Shown here piece by piece: positions 1-8,581 of a stretch of 45,771 bases of DNA (position 1 is its first letter; each line of letters starts with the position of its first letter). Both the position numbers and the translations under genes were made by a program. This DNA is from Pirellulaceae bacterium (GTDB lineage Bacteria; Planctomycetota; Planctomycetia; Pirellulales; Pirellulaceae), in the NCBI GenBank assembly GCA_044238045.1, contig JBIIEC010000001.1, positions 1-45,771 on the forward strand, read 5' to 3'. The notes under the pieces were generated by a model. It searched no databases and was not told the origin of the DNA. It saw only the letters and a list, made by a program, of their open reading frames with translations.

Positions 1-285
1 TTCGTTCATGAATCTGGTCACTCCCGGCGCGGTCGAGTGGAAAGGCGGGAACCGCCTCCCCTTTATGCCCTAACGCCCGGGACCTGGGAAGTCGACCGGC
101 TTCGCCCCGTCTCCCGCACCAGAAAAAAAATTCGCCCGCCGCGCCCGGTCGTCGAGGGGCCGTCGTTGAGCCCTTGTCAACGCGGTGCACGAGGCGACCT
201 GAAACCGGTCGCCGCCCGTTGACGGCCCCCCCGGAGCCTCTGCCGGGACAGGTAACGCGAACCACTTTTTTCGGGAGTTCCTCAC

Positions 286-1554
286 ATGTCGCTGCGTTCT
301 TTCTCCAAGTCCGTCCGCAAGCTTCCCCGCACGATCGAAGGTCTCGAAAGCCGCCAGCTGATGGCGGGAGATACCATGGCCGCCGCGCCCGCCGTGCAAC
401 TGGACTCGCCCGCCATCGCCGACGTCCAGCCGCTGCTCACCCCCGGCAAGAAGGTCGACGCCCTGCCCGCCTTCGAGATCAGCCCATCGATCGACATCCT
501 TCCCCTCCTCGATCCGTTCGTCGGCGTCTGGACGAGCCCGGACCTCGGCACCGGCGGCCTCACGAAGATCGAGATCACCCGCGACAAGCTCGGCAATCAC
601 AATATCCGGGCCTTCGGAGCCTGCCTGCCGGAAGACTGTAACTGGGGCTCCGTGAAACTCGACCTGCTCGGCACCTCCGTCGTCGACAAGACCCCGGACT
701 ACGCGATCGGCGAGTGGGACTTCGACTTCAAGGACACGACCATCACCCTGGCCAACACTCGTGATGGACTCGTCGCCGACATGTACAACGTCTATGAAGA
801 CAACTCCGGCCGCAAGGACTGGCAGGGCCGCATGCTGCTCACCAAGTCCGGCCAGCTGCTGGAAATGGCCGACCCGGGCAGCGATGAGCTGAAGAACGTC
901 CTCCGCGGTACTTGGGTCAACTCCGATGCGAACACCGACGGCATCAGCAAGCTCTCGGTCAGCCAGAACCGCATCACCGGCGTGGTCACCGGGCAGGTCT
1001 GGGGAGCGTGCACGCCCACCGACTGCGACTACGGCACCGACACCATGGACCTGCTCGGCTCCAACACCGGTGACCGCACTCCCGAATACGGCGTCCTCGA
1101 GTACGATGCCGGTTTCAAGACCACGTACATCACCACGAGGTTCGAGGATGGCGACCTGGTGCTCGGGCACTACAACGTGTTCCACGACGGTTCGGGACGC
1201 TCGAACTACTACTCCGAGGAGCGAATGTGGAAGCTGGGCGACGCGAACCACGATGGTCGGTTCGACTCGTCCGACCTCGTGAAGGTCTTCCAGGCCGGTG
1301 AGTACGAGGACAGCACCAACAACAACAGCGTCTGGGAAGAAGGCGACTTCAACCGCGACGGTGACTTCAACTCGACCGACATCGTCGAGGCCATGCAGGG
1401 CGGCAACTACGAAGCTGGCCCGATCCACGAGGGGCTGAGCATCTTCGGCGGGTTCGGCGACTTCTTCACGCAGACGAACAAGCTGAAGCCGGAGGCGGTC
1501 GACTCCCTGTTCGCCAACGTGCAACTCTCGGACATCACGCTGCCGCAGATCTGA
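286..1554 (+). CDS. Secreted repeat protein with C-terminal dockerin/EF-hand-like calcium-binding repeat pair
   Basis: ATG-initiated 422-aa ORF. The N-terminus ...RTIEGLESRQLMAGD resembles the LE-R-LLA leader seen on many planctomycetal secreted proteins. Two internal ~100-aa repeats share GAC-P-DC-(W/Y)G...DLLG...TP(D/E)Y. The C-terminus has DANHDGRFDSSDLV and DFNRDGDFNSTDIV dockerin-type motifs. A strong terminator follows. Confidence 0.8.
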   Translation: MSLRSFSKSVRKLPRTIEGLESRQLMAGDTMAAAPAVQLDSPAIADVQPLLTPGKKVDALPAFEISPSIDILPLLDPFVGVWTSPDLGTGGLTKIEITRDKLGNHNIRAFGACLPEDCNWGSVKLDLLGTSVVDKTPDYAIGEWDFDFKDTTITLANTRDGLVADMYNVYEDNSGRKDWQGRMLLTKSGQLLEMADPGSDELKNVLRGTWVNSDANTDGISKLSVSQNRITGVVTGQVWGACTPTDCDYGTDTMDLLGSNTGDRTPEYGVLEYDAGFKTTYITTRFEDGDLVLGHYNVFHDGSGRSNYYSEERMWKLGDANHDGRFDSSDLVKVFQAGEYEDSTNNNSVWEEGDFNRDGDFNSTDIVEAMQGGNYEAGPIHEGLSIFGGFGDFFTQTNKLKPEAVDSLFANVQLSDITLPQI

Positions 1555-1596
1555 TACGAGGCCAGAAGGGATTCGCAGGGTGGTTCCGCGGAAAGA

Positions 1597-1636
1597 GCGG
1601 GCTGCCGGCCAGACCAGGCCGCAGCCCGCTTTTTTG
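1597..1636 (+). terminator. Rho-independent terminator downstream of the 286-1554 gene
   Basis: Perfect 9-bp GC-rich stem gcgggctgc (1597-1605) / gcagcccgc (1621-1629) with a 15-nt loop, followed directly by TTTTTT (1630-1635). Confidence 0.8.
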
Positions 1637-1907
1637 TGCGCGGCCTCGCCGGGAGGCCGTCGGCCACCCCGCTGGACCCCGCCGCACTGGCTGGCCGCAT
1701 TCTCCATTTGCACGGGCAAGCTGCATCGGCTCCCCCCTGTCCCGCCGCCGGACGATTGCTCGGACGCTACCGGGGCCCCGCTCGTCTACTCGAAGTCCTG
1801 CCTCCCGCCTATCATGCCCTCACGTCCGCCGCCGAGTCCGACTCGGCCTTCCAAGCGGACGATCGTCGTACGGGAACAAGCCATTCAACCGAGCGGAGGC
1901 GGCGCGG

Positions 1908-2393
1908 ATGTTGCGAGGCATAGGGCTAAAAAAGGCGTGGACCTTGCTGGGGCTGGCAGGACTGGGCATTCTCGCCGTGCGCTGGTTTCCACCCGCGCGG
2001 CCTCCCTACCTGGGCGTCCGCAACGGCCAACTGCCCGCCTGCCCCGCGTCGCCCAACTGCGTCTGCTCCCAAGCGACCGATGCCGACCATGCCGTTGCGT
2101 CGTTGCCCTTCCAAGGCTCTCCCGACCAAGCCTTCGAAGCCGTGCAGCGGGCGGTGGAGCAACTGGCCCGCACGCACGTGGTGCGCCTCGACGCCGCCGG
2201 TCGCTACCTGCACGCGGAATGCCGCACTCGCCTGTTCGCCTTCGTCGATGACCTCGAAGTCTTCGTCGATGCCGGTTCGCGGCAGATTCACTTCCGCTCG
2301 GCTTCCCGTCTCGGATACTCCGACCTGGGCGTCAATCGCGGACGCGTCGAACAGCTCAAGGCAGCCATCGGGAGAGAGCTGCCCCGTGCATGA
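1908..2393 (+). CDS. DUF1499 family protein with N-terminal membrane anchor
   Basis: 161-aa ORF. Hydrophobic N-terminus (WTLLGLAGLGILAV), a CPASPNCVCS motif and a C-terminal FRSASRLGYSDLGVNRGRVEQL, all typical of DUF1499. Confidence 0.8.
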   Translation: MLRGIGLKKAWTLLGLAGLGILAVRWFPPARPPYLGVRNGQLPACPASPNCVCSQATDADHAVASLPFQGSPDQAFEAVQRAVEQLARTHVVRLDAAGRYLHAECRTRLFAFVDDLEVFVDAGSRQIHFRSASRLGYSDLGVNRGRVEQLKAAIGRELPRA

Positions 2394-2451
2394 TCGACGG
2401 CCGGAACCATGCTGCGTCGCGGGGAGCCCGCGATCTTCGGCTTGATGAAAG

Positions 2452-3996
2452 TCAGCTGGTGCCCGCGACGGCGCCGCTCGCCCGATTGCGACTGTTCGGC
2501 GGGGCCATGAGCGGCAGGAGGGGAGAGGTGGCCATCGTGGTCCCGATCGCCATGAGCACCATCAGGCCGAACAGGTCCGGCGACAGGATGCCCATGTCGC
2601 GGCCAATCGTCAACACGATCAGCTCGATCAATCCCCGCGTGTTCATCAGCAGGCCGAGCGTGCCGGACGTACGCCAGTCGAAGCCGACCCAGCGGGCGGC
2701 CAGCATCGTGCCGCCCCACTTGCCTAAGGTGGCCGTGAAAAGAATGGCCGCACAGTACCACCAGTTCGAAGCGGTCAGGTTGATCTTGGACGTCACGCCC
2801 GTGTGAGCAAAGAACACGGGCAGCAGCAGCAGGTGCACCACGTCCTCCAGCTTGTGCCGAAACGACTCCGACAGCCGATTGTTGTGCGGCACGACCGCTC
2901 CCAGCAGGAACGCTCCAAAAATCCCGCTGATTCCCATCCATTCGGTCAAAAGGGCCGAGGCCAGCAGGCCCAGCAGCAGCAGGCCCGTCGCTTCGCGGGA
3001 AGCGTCCTTGCCCTTCATGCGCTCAAGCCACCGCAGGATGGCCGGGCGAATCACGACCCCGAGTATCACGAGGTAGCTGCCAAAGGCCGCCAGCTTCAGC
3101 AGATTCTGGGTCATGCTGAACTGCGCCTGAGCCACGCCGACCACGATCGCCAGCAGCCACCAGGCCGTCGCATCGTCGATCGCCGCGCAGGCAATCGCGA
3201 GCATCCCCAACTTGCTGCGGTCCATCTTGCTGTCCACCAGGATTCTGGCGAGAAGCGGAAAGGCGGTGATCGACATCGCCACGCCGATGAAGAGCGAAAA
3301 GTTGGTGAACGACACGCCCTCCGGCGCAAAGACCGGATAGAGCCAGAGCGACAGGAGTGCACCGGAGACCATCGGCAACGCGATACTCGAATGCGAGATC
3401 GTCAAGGTTGACATCACGTTCGAACGGAACGCGTCCAGGTTCAACTCCAGTCCCACCAGGAAGATGAACAGGAGCAGCCCCACCTGCGCGAGTACGCCCA
3501 ATTGCGGGTGGATGCTGACGGGAAACAACCACTCGACCGCGCCCGGCGCAATTCTGCCCAGAAGCGTGGGGCCGAGCAGGAAGCCGGCCACCATTTCGCC
3601 AATGACCCGCGGCTGCCCCACCAGGCTGAACAGCCAGCCCAACGTGTGCGCCGTGATGAGAATGACCACCAGGGCGAGTAACACGTGGAAGATGGCCGAA
3701 TGCCCCGCAGGCCGCTTGGTCACCGGGGCAGCGGCCACTCCGGCTGCGGTACCCGTCGCGGCTTCATCGGTCACCGCCGCAACGGTCGATACGTGACCGG
3801 CGAAACGCTGCTCGCCATAGGACCGGATCGCGAAAAAACCCACGAAGCCCGCGAGAAGGATGAGCAGATATCCCCCCACCAACCGCCTGCTCTGGGACGC
3901 CTCCTGGACTTGCTGAATGGCTGGGGAGTTAATCAACGTCGATTCCTGACATGCTGTGTGGGTACCGGGATCTGTCCCGCAGGAAGTGGCTGTCAC
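2452..3996 (-). CDS. Cation:proton antiporter, CPA2 (Kef-type) family, without a C-terminal KTN/TrkA domain
   Basis: 514-aa polytopic membrane ORF carrying the CPA2 signature GQPRVIGEMVAGFLLGPTLLGR. The start is a GTG and is uncertain. Confidence 0.85.
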   Translation of the reverse strand: MTATSCGTDPGTHTACQESTLINSPAIQQVQEASQSRRLVGGYLLILLAGFVGFFAIRSYGEQRFAGHVSTVAAVTDEAATGTAAGVAAAPVTKRPAGHSAIFHVLLALVVILITAHTLGWLFSLVGQPRVIGEMVAGFLLGPTLLGRIAPGAVEWLFPVSIHPQLGVLAQVGLLLFIFLVGLELNLDAFRSNVMSTLTISHSSIALPMVSGALLSLWLYPVFAPEGVSFTNFSLFIGVAMSITAFPLLARILVDSKMDRSKLGMLAIACAAIDDATAWWLLAIVVGVAQAQFSMTQNLLKLAAFGSYLVILGVVIRPAILRWLERMKGKDASREATGLLLLGLLASALLTEWMGISGIFGAFLLGAVVPHNNRLSESFRHKLEDVVHLLLLPVFFAHTGVTSKINLTASNWWYCAAILFTATLGKWGGTMLAARWVGFDWRTSGTLGLLMNTRGLIELIVLTIGRDMGILSPDLFGLMVLMAIGTTMATSPLLPLMAPPNSRNRASGAVAGTS

Positions 3997-4692
3997 TTAA
4001 CGAGCGACCCTGGCGAAGACGGCCGGGACCGGTGCCCGCGTCTCGGAATCCCGGCCTCGTCGGCGCGGATCCTGAAACGAAGCGGACCGTGAAACATAGT
4101 CCACGACGGCTGGCCGCAGAAGGGTCGGAGCCCCGTTCGGCCGCGGCGACCGTTTCGGGCCGGAAGACCTGCTCAAGAGTTGGGACGCTCGTGCTGGGGT
4201 TGGTCCGCTCGGAAACCTGCCGTCCAGAAAAGCGTCGCCCGGGAACTTACGGGGCAGGGCACCGAGGAGCGGCAACGACCAAGCCCAAGGAAGTAGGGCT
4301 GACCGATCGAGGAGAACGAGCGGAATCCACTGGGGACGCCCCCGAGCGGAACTCATGAACCGCGAAGCGTCACCCTCACCGGATCCCGCAAGAGGGGGGG
4401 CTCAGGGGGCGGTTCGTACGGGGCTCGTTGGAAATTGAGCCACGCCGCGTCTTGGTGGAGCCCAAGGCGGGGGCAGATATCCGAGCGGCACGCGACAGCT
4501 GTTCCGACCACCGCGAGCCCACGTCCGACCGACCCTGGGATGAACGGAACCGGGTGGTTTGATCTGCGGTCACGTCACCCTGAGTCCGACGCCGCGAGAT
4601 TGGGTGGTAGCGGTGAGCTTTGAGGATTTTCTTGGCTTGAGGACTTAGGGGCTTTAAGGGAGGGCTCTCGCCCGTTAGAATCAAGGCTCCAA

Positions 4693-4734
4693 ATCTTGCG
4701 AAATTGTGGTTCTATCTTGCGAAAATGTGGTTCT
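4693..4734 (+). repeat. Two tandem 21-bp direct repeats (atcttgcgaaaTtgtggttct / atcttgcgaaaAtgtggttct) in an AT-rich leader
   Basis: Copies at 4693-4713 and 4714-4734 differ at one base. They lie just downstream of a TAGAAT -10-like hexamer (4676-4681) and upstream of the likely PEP-CTERM gene start. Confidence 0.85.
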
Positions 4735-4752
4735 CCGCGAAAGGGTTTCATC

Positions 4753-5484
4753 GTGCGTTCTGCAGCGAGCTTCTGTTTCACCATCGTCGCCATGACCTTG
4801 GGAACGTTCTTGTCTTCCGCGTCGGCAAGTGTCGTCACCTACGTCGCCCCCGGGACTGCCTCGAATGGTTCCTCGTCGATATTCAACAGTTCTGGCTATA
4901 CGTCGAACCTGGGTTACGCCTTTCTAACCGGTTCTTCAGGGCCCTATGACATCGACTGGGTTACGCTGGAAATGTTCTCCAATACCACAGCGGCATCAGG
5001 GTCGTTTACGATTGCGATTCATGGAACCACGGATACGACGGCCTATTCGGCAGTTGCCAACGCCACCGCGTACGCGACCGACACCGTCAACATTACGCTG
5101 CCTGGAACAAGCTCCACCCTCTTCACCGTGAATTTGACGGCGGCTGATTTGCCCAACATCTCGAACTATCAACTCCTGTCGAATACCGGTTATTCGCTCA
5201 TCGTCTACAACGCCTCGTCGGGCTTAGCCCTCCGAAGAACACAGGGTCTAGCAAGCGGAACTGCGAACGCCAGTTACACAGTATCCAACGGCTTCACGAT
5301 GCTCGATACCTTCAGGAACAACACGGCCAACTACGAGAACTCCCCTGGCAGCGCCGTAAATTTTCAGATCTCGTTTGGCGGGACATCAAGCTCTGTTGTC
5401 CCCGAGCCTTCCTCGATGGCTCTGTGGACTCTTCTCTTAGGTGGTCTTGTCCGTCGTTGCCGCAACAGGACCTCGCGCTCGTAA
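4753..5484 (+). CDS. PEP-CTERM sorting-domain secreted protein (Ser/Thr/Asn-rich)
   Basis: The C-terminus VVPEPSSMALWTLLLGGLVRRCRNRTSRS shows PEP motif, TM helix and basic tail. A GTG at 4753 gives a signal peptide (V)RSAASFCFTIVAMTLGTFLSSASA. The track ORF begins at a TTG (4696) inside the direct repeat, which is unlikely. ATG 4792 is an alternative start. Codon third positions are visibly less GC-biased than in neighbouring genes. Confidence 0.75.
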   Translation: MRSAASFCFTIVAMTLGTFLSSASASVVTYVAPGTASNGSSSIFNSSGYTSNLGYAFLTGSSGPYDIDWVTLEMFSNTTAASGSFTIAIHGTTDTTAYSAVANATAYATDTVNITLPGTSSTLFTVNLTAADLPNISNYQLLSNTGYSLIVYNASSGLALRRTQGLASGTANASYTVSNGFTMLDTFRNNTANYENSPGSAVNFQISFGGTSSSVVPEPSSMALWTLLLGGLVRRCRNRTSRS

Positions 5485-5930
5485 CCTGATCTACCAACGA
5501 GGCAAATCTCGCAATCCGAACCAGCCACTCTCAGGTTCGGACTCGCAGGTTTTTCGATCTCTGCCGAGTTCCTGGCAGCAAGTCCTTTCCATGGCCCCTC
5601 GACCGCGAGGCGTGGGGGCTATGGAGGCGGAATGGCCCACGGAAACGTATCCGTCGTGCCATGTTCAGGTCAGCTGCCGTGAACTTGGAGAAGGCTCCAC
5701 GAGTACCGGAGCCATCAGCAGCAGCGGGGCTGTGTCTGATCCCGCTTTCTCCCCTCGGCTCTCTTCGCGGCGCGTCTCTCTTGGCGAAACCGCCGATCGG
5801 TTCCGATAGCGTTCGCGAGATGTCCTGGAGTTGGGATTTGAGGTCGGTGCTTGGCCTCGTCCATCAGCCCGCGCCGTTCGGTAACTTCCCATTGCGGCAC
5901 ACGTCCTTGGCCAGAGTCCCGGGCGACCGC

Positions 5931-5974
5931 GAAGGCCCGATGGCATCGGGAAGGCCCGATGGCGTCGCGAAGGC
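5931..5974. repeat. 19-bp tandem repeat, 2.3 copies (gaaggcccgatggc[a/g]tcg[g/c])
   Basis: Copies at 5931-5949 and 5950-5968, with a partial copy at 5969-5974. Two mismatches between the full copies. Lies in unassigned DNA next to tRNA-Pro. Confidence 0.8.
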
Positions 5975-6247
5975 TCAGTCCGCAGAGTCCACGGCCGTGT
6001 TGGACGAACAGTTCGTCAAGCGTGAGCGTCTCGGGCCGAGCGTAGAGGCAACCGGCGAGGGAGCCGGGACAGCCAAGAAAGCGGAGGACAGAATTGTCCT
6101 TCGGACGGGCAAGCAGAGGGGTGGAAGAAGCCCTGTCGTTTCACGGGCCTCGGACGTGTCGCATTAGCGACGCTCCTGGGCTGTTTTCTGCTCACTGCTC
6201 TATCCCGTGAACTCTCTGCGGTTGGGGCCCCTTGAGGACGCCCAGAG

Positions 6248-6322
6248 TCGGGGTGAAAGGATTCGAACCTTCGACTTTCTGCTCCCAAAGCAGACGCGCT
6301 AGCCAGACTGCGCTACACCCCG
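6248..6322 (-). tRNA. tRNA-Pro, anticodon UGG
   Basis: The reverse complement folds as a 75-nt cloverleaf: acceptor cggggtg/caccccg, D stem gcgc/gcgc, anticodon stem tctgc/gcaga with loop tt-TGG-ga, and T arm gaagg-ttcgaat-ccttt. Discriminator is A. CCA is not encoded. Confidence 0.93.
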
Positions 6323-6435
6323 GATGCTAGCACCGCCCCCTGGTGGGGCCGGTGTGGCAACGGAACGAATTGTACACCAAGGGGCTTCGCGGAGCGAGAA
6401 CCCTTGGGAATCCAAGGCCTGTTCGGGCCGGTTCG

Positions 6436-7569
6436 TCAGGCCACATGGCGGGGGCGGGTTTCGCCGCCGGCCTCCTGCAGCATGCGGAACAGCCGGTCAA
6501 ACTCCTCGTTGCTGCGGAACTGGATGGTGATCTGGCCGCGGCCGCGAGCGTTTTGGCGGAGATCGACCTTGGTTCCGAGCAGGAGGCGGAGCTGCTGTTC
6601 GAGGGTGGCCAGGTGGGCCGGCCGACCGCTCTTGCGACGCGGTTTGGTCGCTGGCATCCCGTCCGGGTCGCCGTCCAGTTCCAGCACCTTCTCCTGCACG
6701 ATCCGCTCCGCTTCCCGAACACTCATGCCCTCCTTCTCGATCGTCTTGCTCAGTTCGACCTGCAGGTGGTTGTCTCCCAGGGGCAGCAGGGCGCGGGCGT
6801 GGCCGGCGGAGATGCGGCCTTCCTGGACGAGCTTCTGGACCGCCTCGGGCAGCTCCAGCAGACGCATCAGGTTGGCGATGGTGGAGCGATCGATCTTCAG
6901 ACGCCGACCGAGGTCTTCCTGCGTACAGCGATGCTGTTCCAGGTAACGGCGGAACGAGAGCGCCTTCTCGATGGCGTTCAAGTCCTTGCGCTGCAGGTTT
7001 TCCACGATCGCCAGTTCGGCGACCAGCCGGTCATCCGCCTGGCGGACGCGCGCCGGAATCTGCTTCCAGCCCGCCATGACGGCCGCGCGGAGGCGGCGTT
7101 CGCCGGAGATGAGCTGCCAGCGCGAGCCGACGCGGCGGACCAGCACCGGCTGCAGCAGGTCGTGTTCCTTCAAGCTCTCGGATAGCGACGCCAGTTCGCT
7201 CTCGCTGAACTCCCGCCGCGGCTGGAACGGGTTTTCGTCGATCTGGTCGACCGCGAGTAGCAGCAGGTCGCCATCCTGGGCTGTGGCGGCTTCGGAGATC
7301 ACCGGCGCGACACTGGCAGTCGGGCCCGCCGCCAGCGGAACTGCGGCAGCCGTCGAGCTCGCGGATGCGGCAGCTTCCGGGCCGTCCAGTTCGCCGTCGT
7401 CCTCGTCGCCCTCCTCGGGCCGGTGGATCCGCAGGGTCACCGGTTGCGGGTCCGCCGCCGGCGCCGCCTGCGCGGACGCTTGTGACAGCGCCTGGGACAT
7501 CGAGACCGGCTCGTTGTCCTCACCCAGCAAGGCGGCCAAACCGCGGCCCAAGCGTCGTTCCTTCGTCAT
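6436..7569 (-). CDS. parB: Chromosome partitioning protein ParB/Spo0J
   Basis: N-terminal MTKERRLGRGLAALLG peptide, then a ParB-N box (IDENPFQPRREF, LLQPVLVRR..RWQLISGERRLRAA) and an HTH region. A low-complexity acidic/Ala-rich linker of about 90 aa follows the N-terminal peptide. Confidence 0.93.
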   Translation of the reverse strand: MTKERRLGRGLAALLGEDNEPVSMSQALSQASAQAAPAADPQPVTLRIHRPEEGDEDDGELDGPEAAASASSTAAAVPLAAGPTASVAPVISEAATAQDGDLLLLAVDQIDENPFQPRREFSESELASLSESLKEHDLLQPVLVRRVGSRWQLISGERRLRAAVMAGWKQIPARVRQADDRLVAELAIVENLQRKDLNAIEKALSFRRYLEQHRCTQEDLGRRLKIDRSTIANLMRLLELPEAVQKLVQEGRISAGHARALLPLGDNHLQVELSKTIEKEGMSVREAERIVQEKVLELDGDPDGMPATKPRRKSGRPAHLATLEQQLRLLLGTKVDLRQNARGRGQITIQFRSNEEFDRLFRMLQEAGGETRPRHVA

Positions 7570-8308
7570 GATTCAGGACCTCCATGCATAATTCGACGTA
7601 CGATCGCGCGCCGCGCGAACGCGGTGCATACTGTAAGACGGACTGGCCGTGACTGGGAGCTTCGGAAACCGGAACGTCGCGCGGCACCACCGTCTCGAAG
7701 ACGATCTCGCCAAAGAAGTCGCGCACTTCCGCGTCGACCTCATGCGTCAGTTCCAGACTGTGGTCGTACATGGTCAGCAGGATGCCGCCAAAGTGCAGCT
7801 TGCTGGCCGAGCGGCTCATCACCCGCCGGATCACTTCGATCATCTGCGTCAGGCCCTCCATCGCGAAATACTCGCACTGGATGGGCATCAGCACCTCCGT
7901 TGAACACGCCAGGGCCGCTTCCGTCAGCGTCCCCAGCGAGGGCGGGCAGTCGATGAGCACGAAATCGTAGGCCGTGGCTTCGGTCGCAAAAAAACGATGC
8001 AGCTGCTGGAAGCTCCCCGCGTCGCCGCGCGCCAACGCTTCGATGTCCGAGAAGCTGCGACTGCCGGGAAGCAGGTCCAGGCCGGGAAGCGTCACGTCGC
8101 GCGTCGGTTCAGCCATCGCCGAGCGAGCCACGAACGGATGACGCATGGTTGGCGTCGCGCCCAGGCCCGTCGTCGCATTGCACTGCGGATCGAGGTCCAC
8201 CAGCAGCGTGCGCCCGCCGCTCATCGCCAACGCCGCGGACAGATTGATGGCCGTCGTCGTCTTGCCGACTCCGCCTTTCTGATTGGCGACGCAGAGGATC
8301 CGCACCAT
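7520..8308 (-). CDS. parA: Chromosome partitioning ATPase ParA/Soj
   Basis: MVRILCVANQKGGVGKTTTAINL deviant Walker A. An ATG at 8308 gives the family-typical N-terminus, whereas the track ORF starts at an upstream TTG (8356). The 3' end overlaps the parB start by 50 nt. Confidence 0.92.
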   Translation of the reverse strand: MVRILCVANQKGGVGKTTTAINLSAALAMSGGRTLLVDLDPQCNATTGLGATPTMRHPFVARSAMAEPTRDVTLPGLDLLPGSRSFSDIEALARGDAGSFQQLHRFFATEATAYDFVLIDCPPSLGTLTEAALACSTEVLMPIQCEYFAMEGLTQMIEVIRRVMSRSASKLHFGGILLTMYDHSLELTHEVDAEVRDFFGEIVFETVVPRDVPVSEAPSHGQSVLQYAPRSRGARSYVELCMEVLNHDEGTTLGPRFGRLAG

Positions 8309-8581
8309 CGCGCCCGTCTCCCGCTTCGGCCCCTCCGGGCCAATGGCCCTCCCCAAGGGTTCCTCGCCGTCGAAGGTCCGTCTCCGACCAGGCTCGGCCG
8401 CTCGCTGAGGGCGGCGGATTCTAGAAGCGACCGGCGTTCAGGGGAATGCCAGTCCGTGCCACGTAAAACCCCAACGAGCTGATCTTGACATTGGGGCGCC
8501 GGGGCGATCTCAGGAAATCGGTTCAGAAATCCCCGGTGAACGCCGCTTCCGCGTTTCCACTCTCGGGGCCGCAGATCAGTC

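Noticed and set aside
1-285. The small ORF at 37-222, a cat at 7-9 that could start a leftward minus-strand gene, and nested hairpins at about 170-225 (gtcaacg...cgttgac around ggcgacc...ggtcgcc) upstream of the first gene.
   Set aside because: The ORF is Arg/Pro-rich and not protein-like. Only three codons of any leftward gene would be visible. The hairpins are real but short, and I cannot tie them to a function.
4088-4096. parS half-sites: cgtgaaaca at 4088-4096 and gtttcacg at 6138-6145.
   Set aside because: Only one half of the 16-bp palindrome matches in each case. Matches of this kind are expected by chance and are unlikely to bind ParB on their own.
4453-4460. A ...GGGCTCCACCA-like string on the minus strand, suggesting a tmRNA or tRNA 3' end. 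Also a general look for RNase P, SRP and 6S hallmarks in 3997-4695.
   Set aside because: No T-arm (TTCGAAT-type loop with a flanking stem) precedes it, and no matching 5' acceptor strand is present. It is a chance match in GC-rich DNA.
5485-6247. Possible decayed integrase next to tRNA-Pro: an FPLRHTSLA string in a plus frame, and a start-less open frame of about 140 codons on the minus strand.
   Set aside because: There are no further tyrosine-recombinase boxes, no catalytic Tyr context and no att-like repeat of the tRNA 3' end. Open frames of this length arise by chance at this GC content. I kept it only as a low-confidence remnant hypothesis within the compositional-patch finding.
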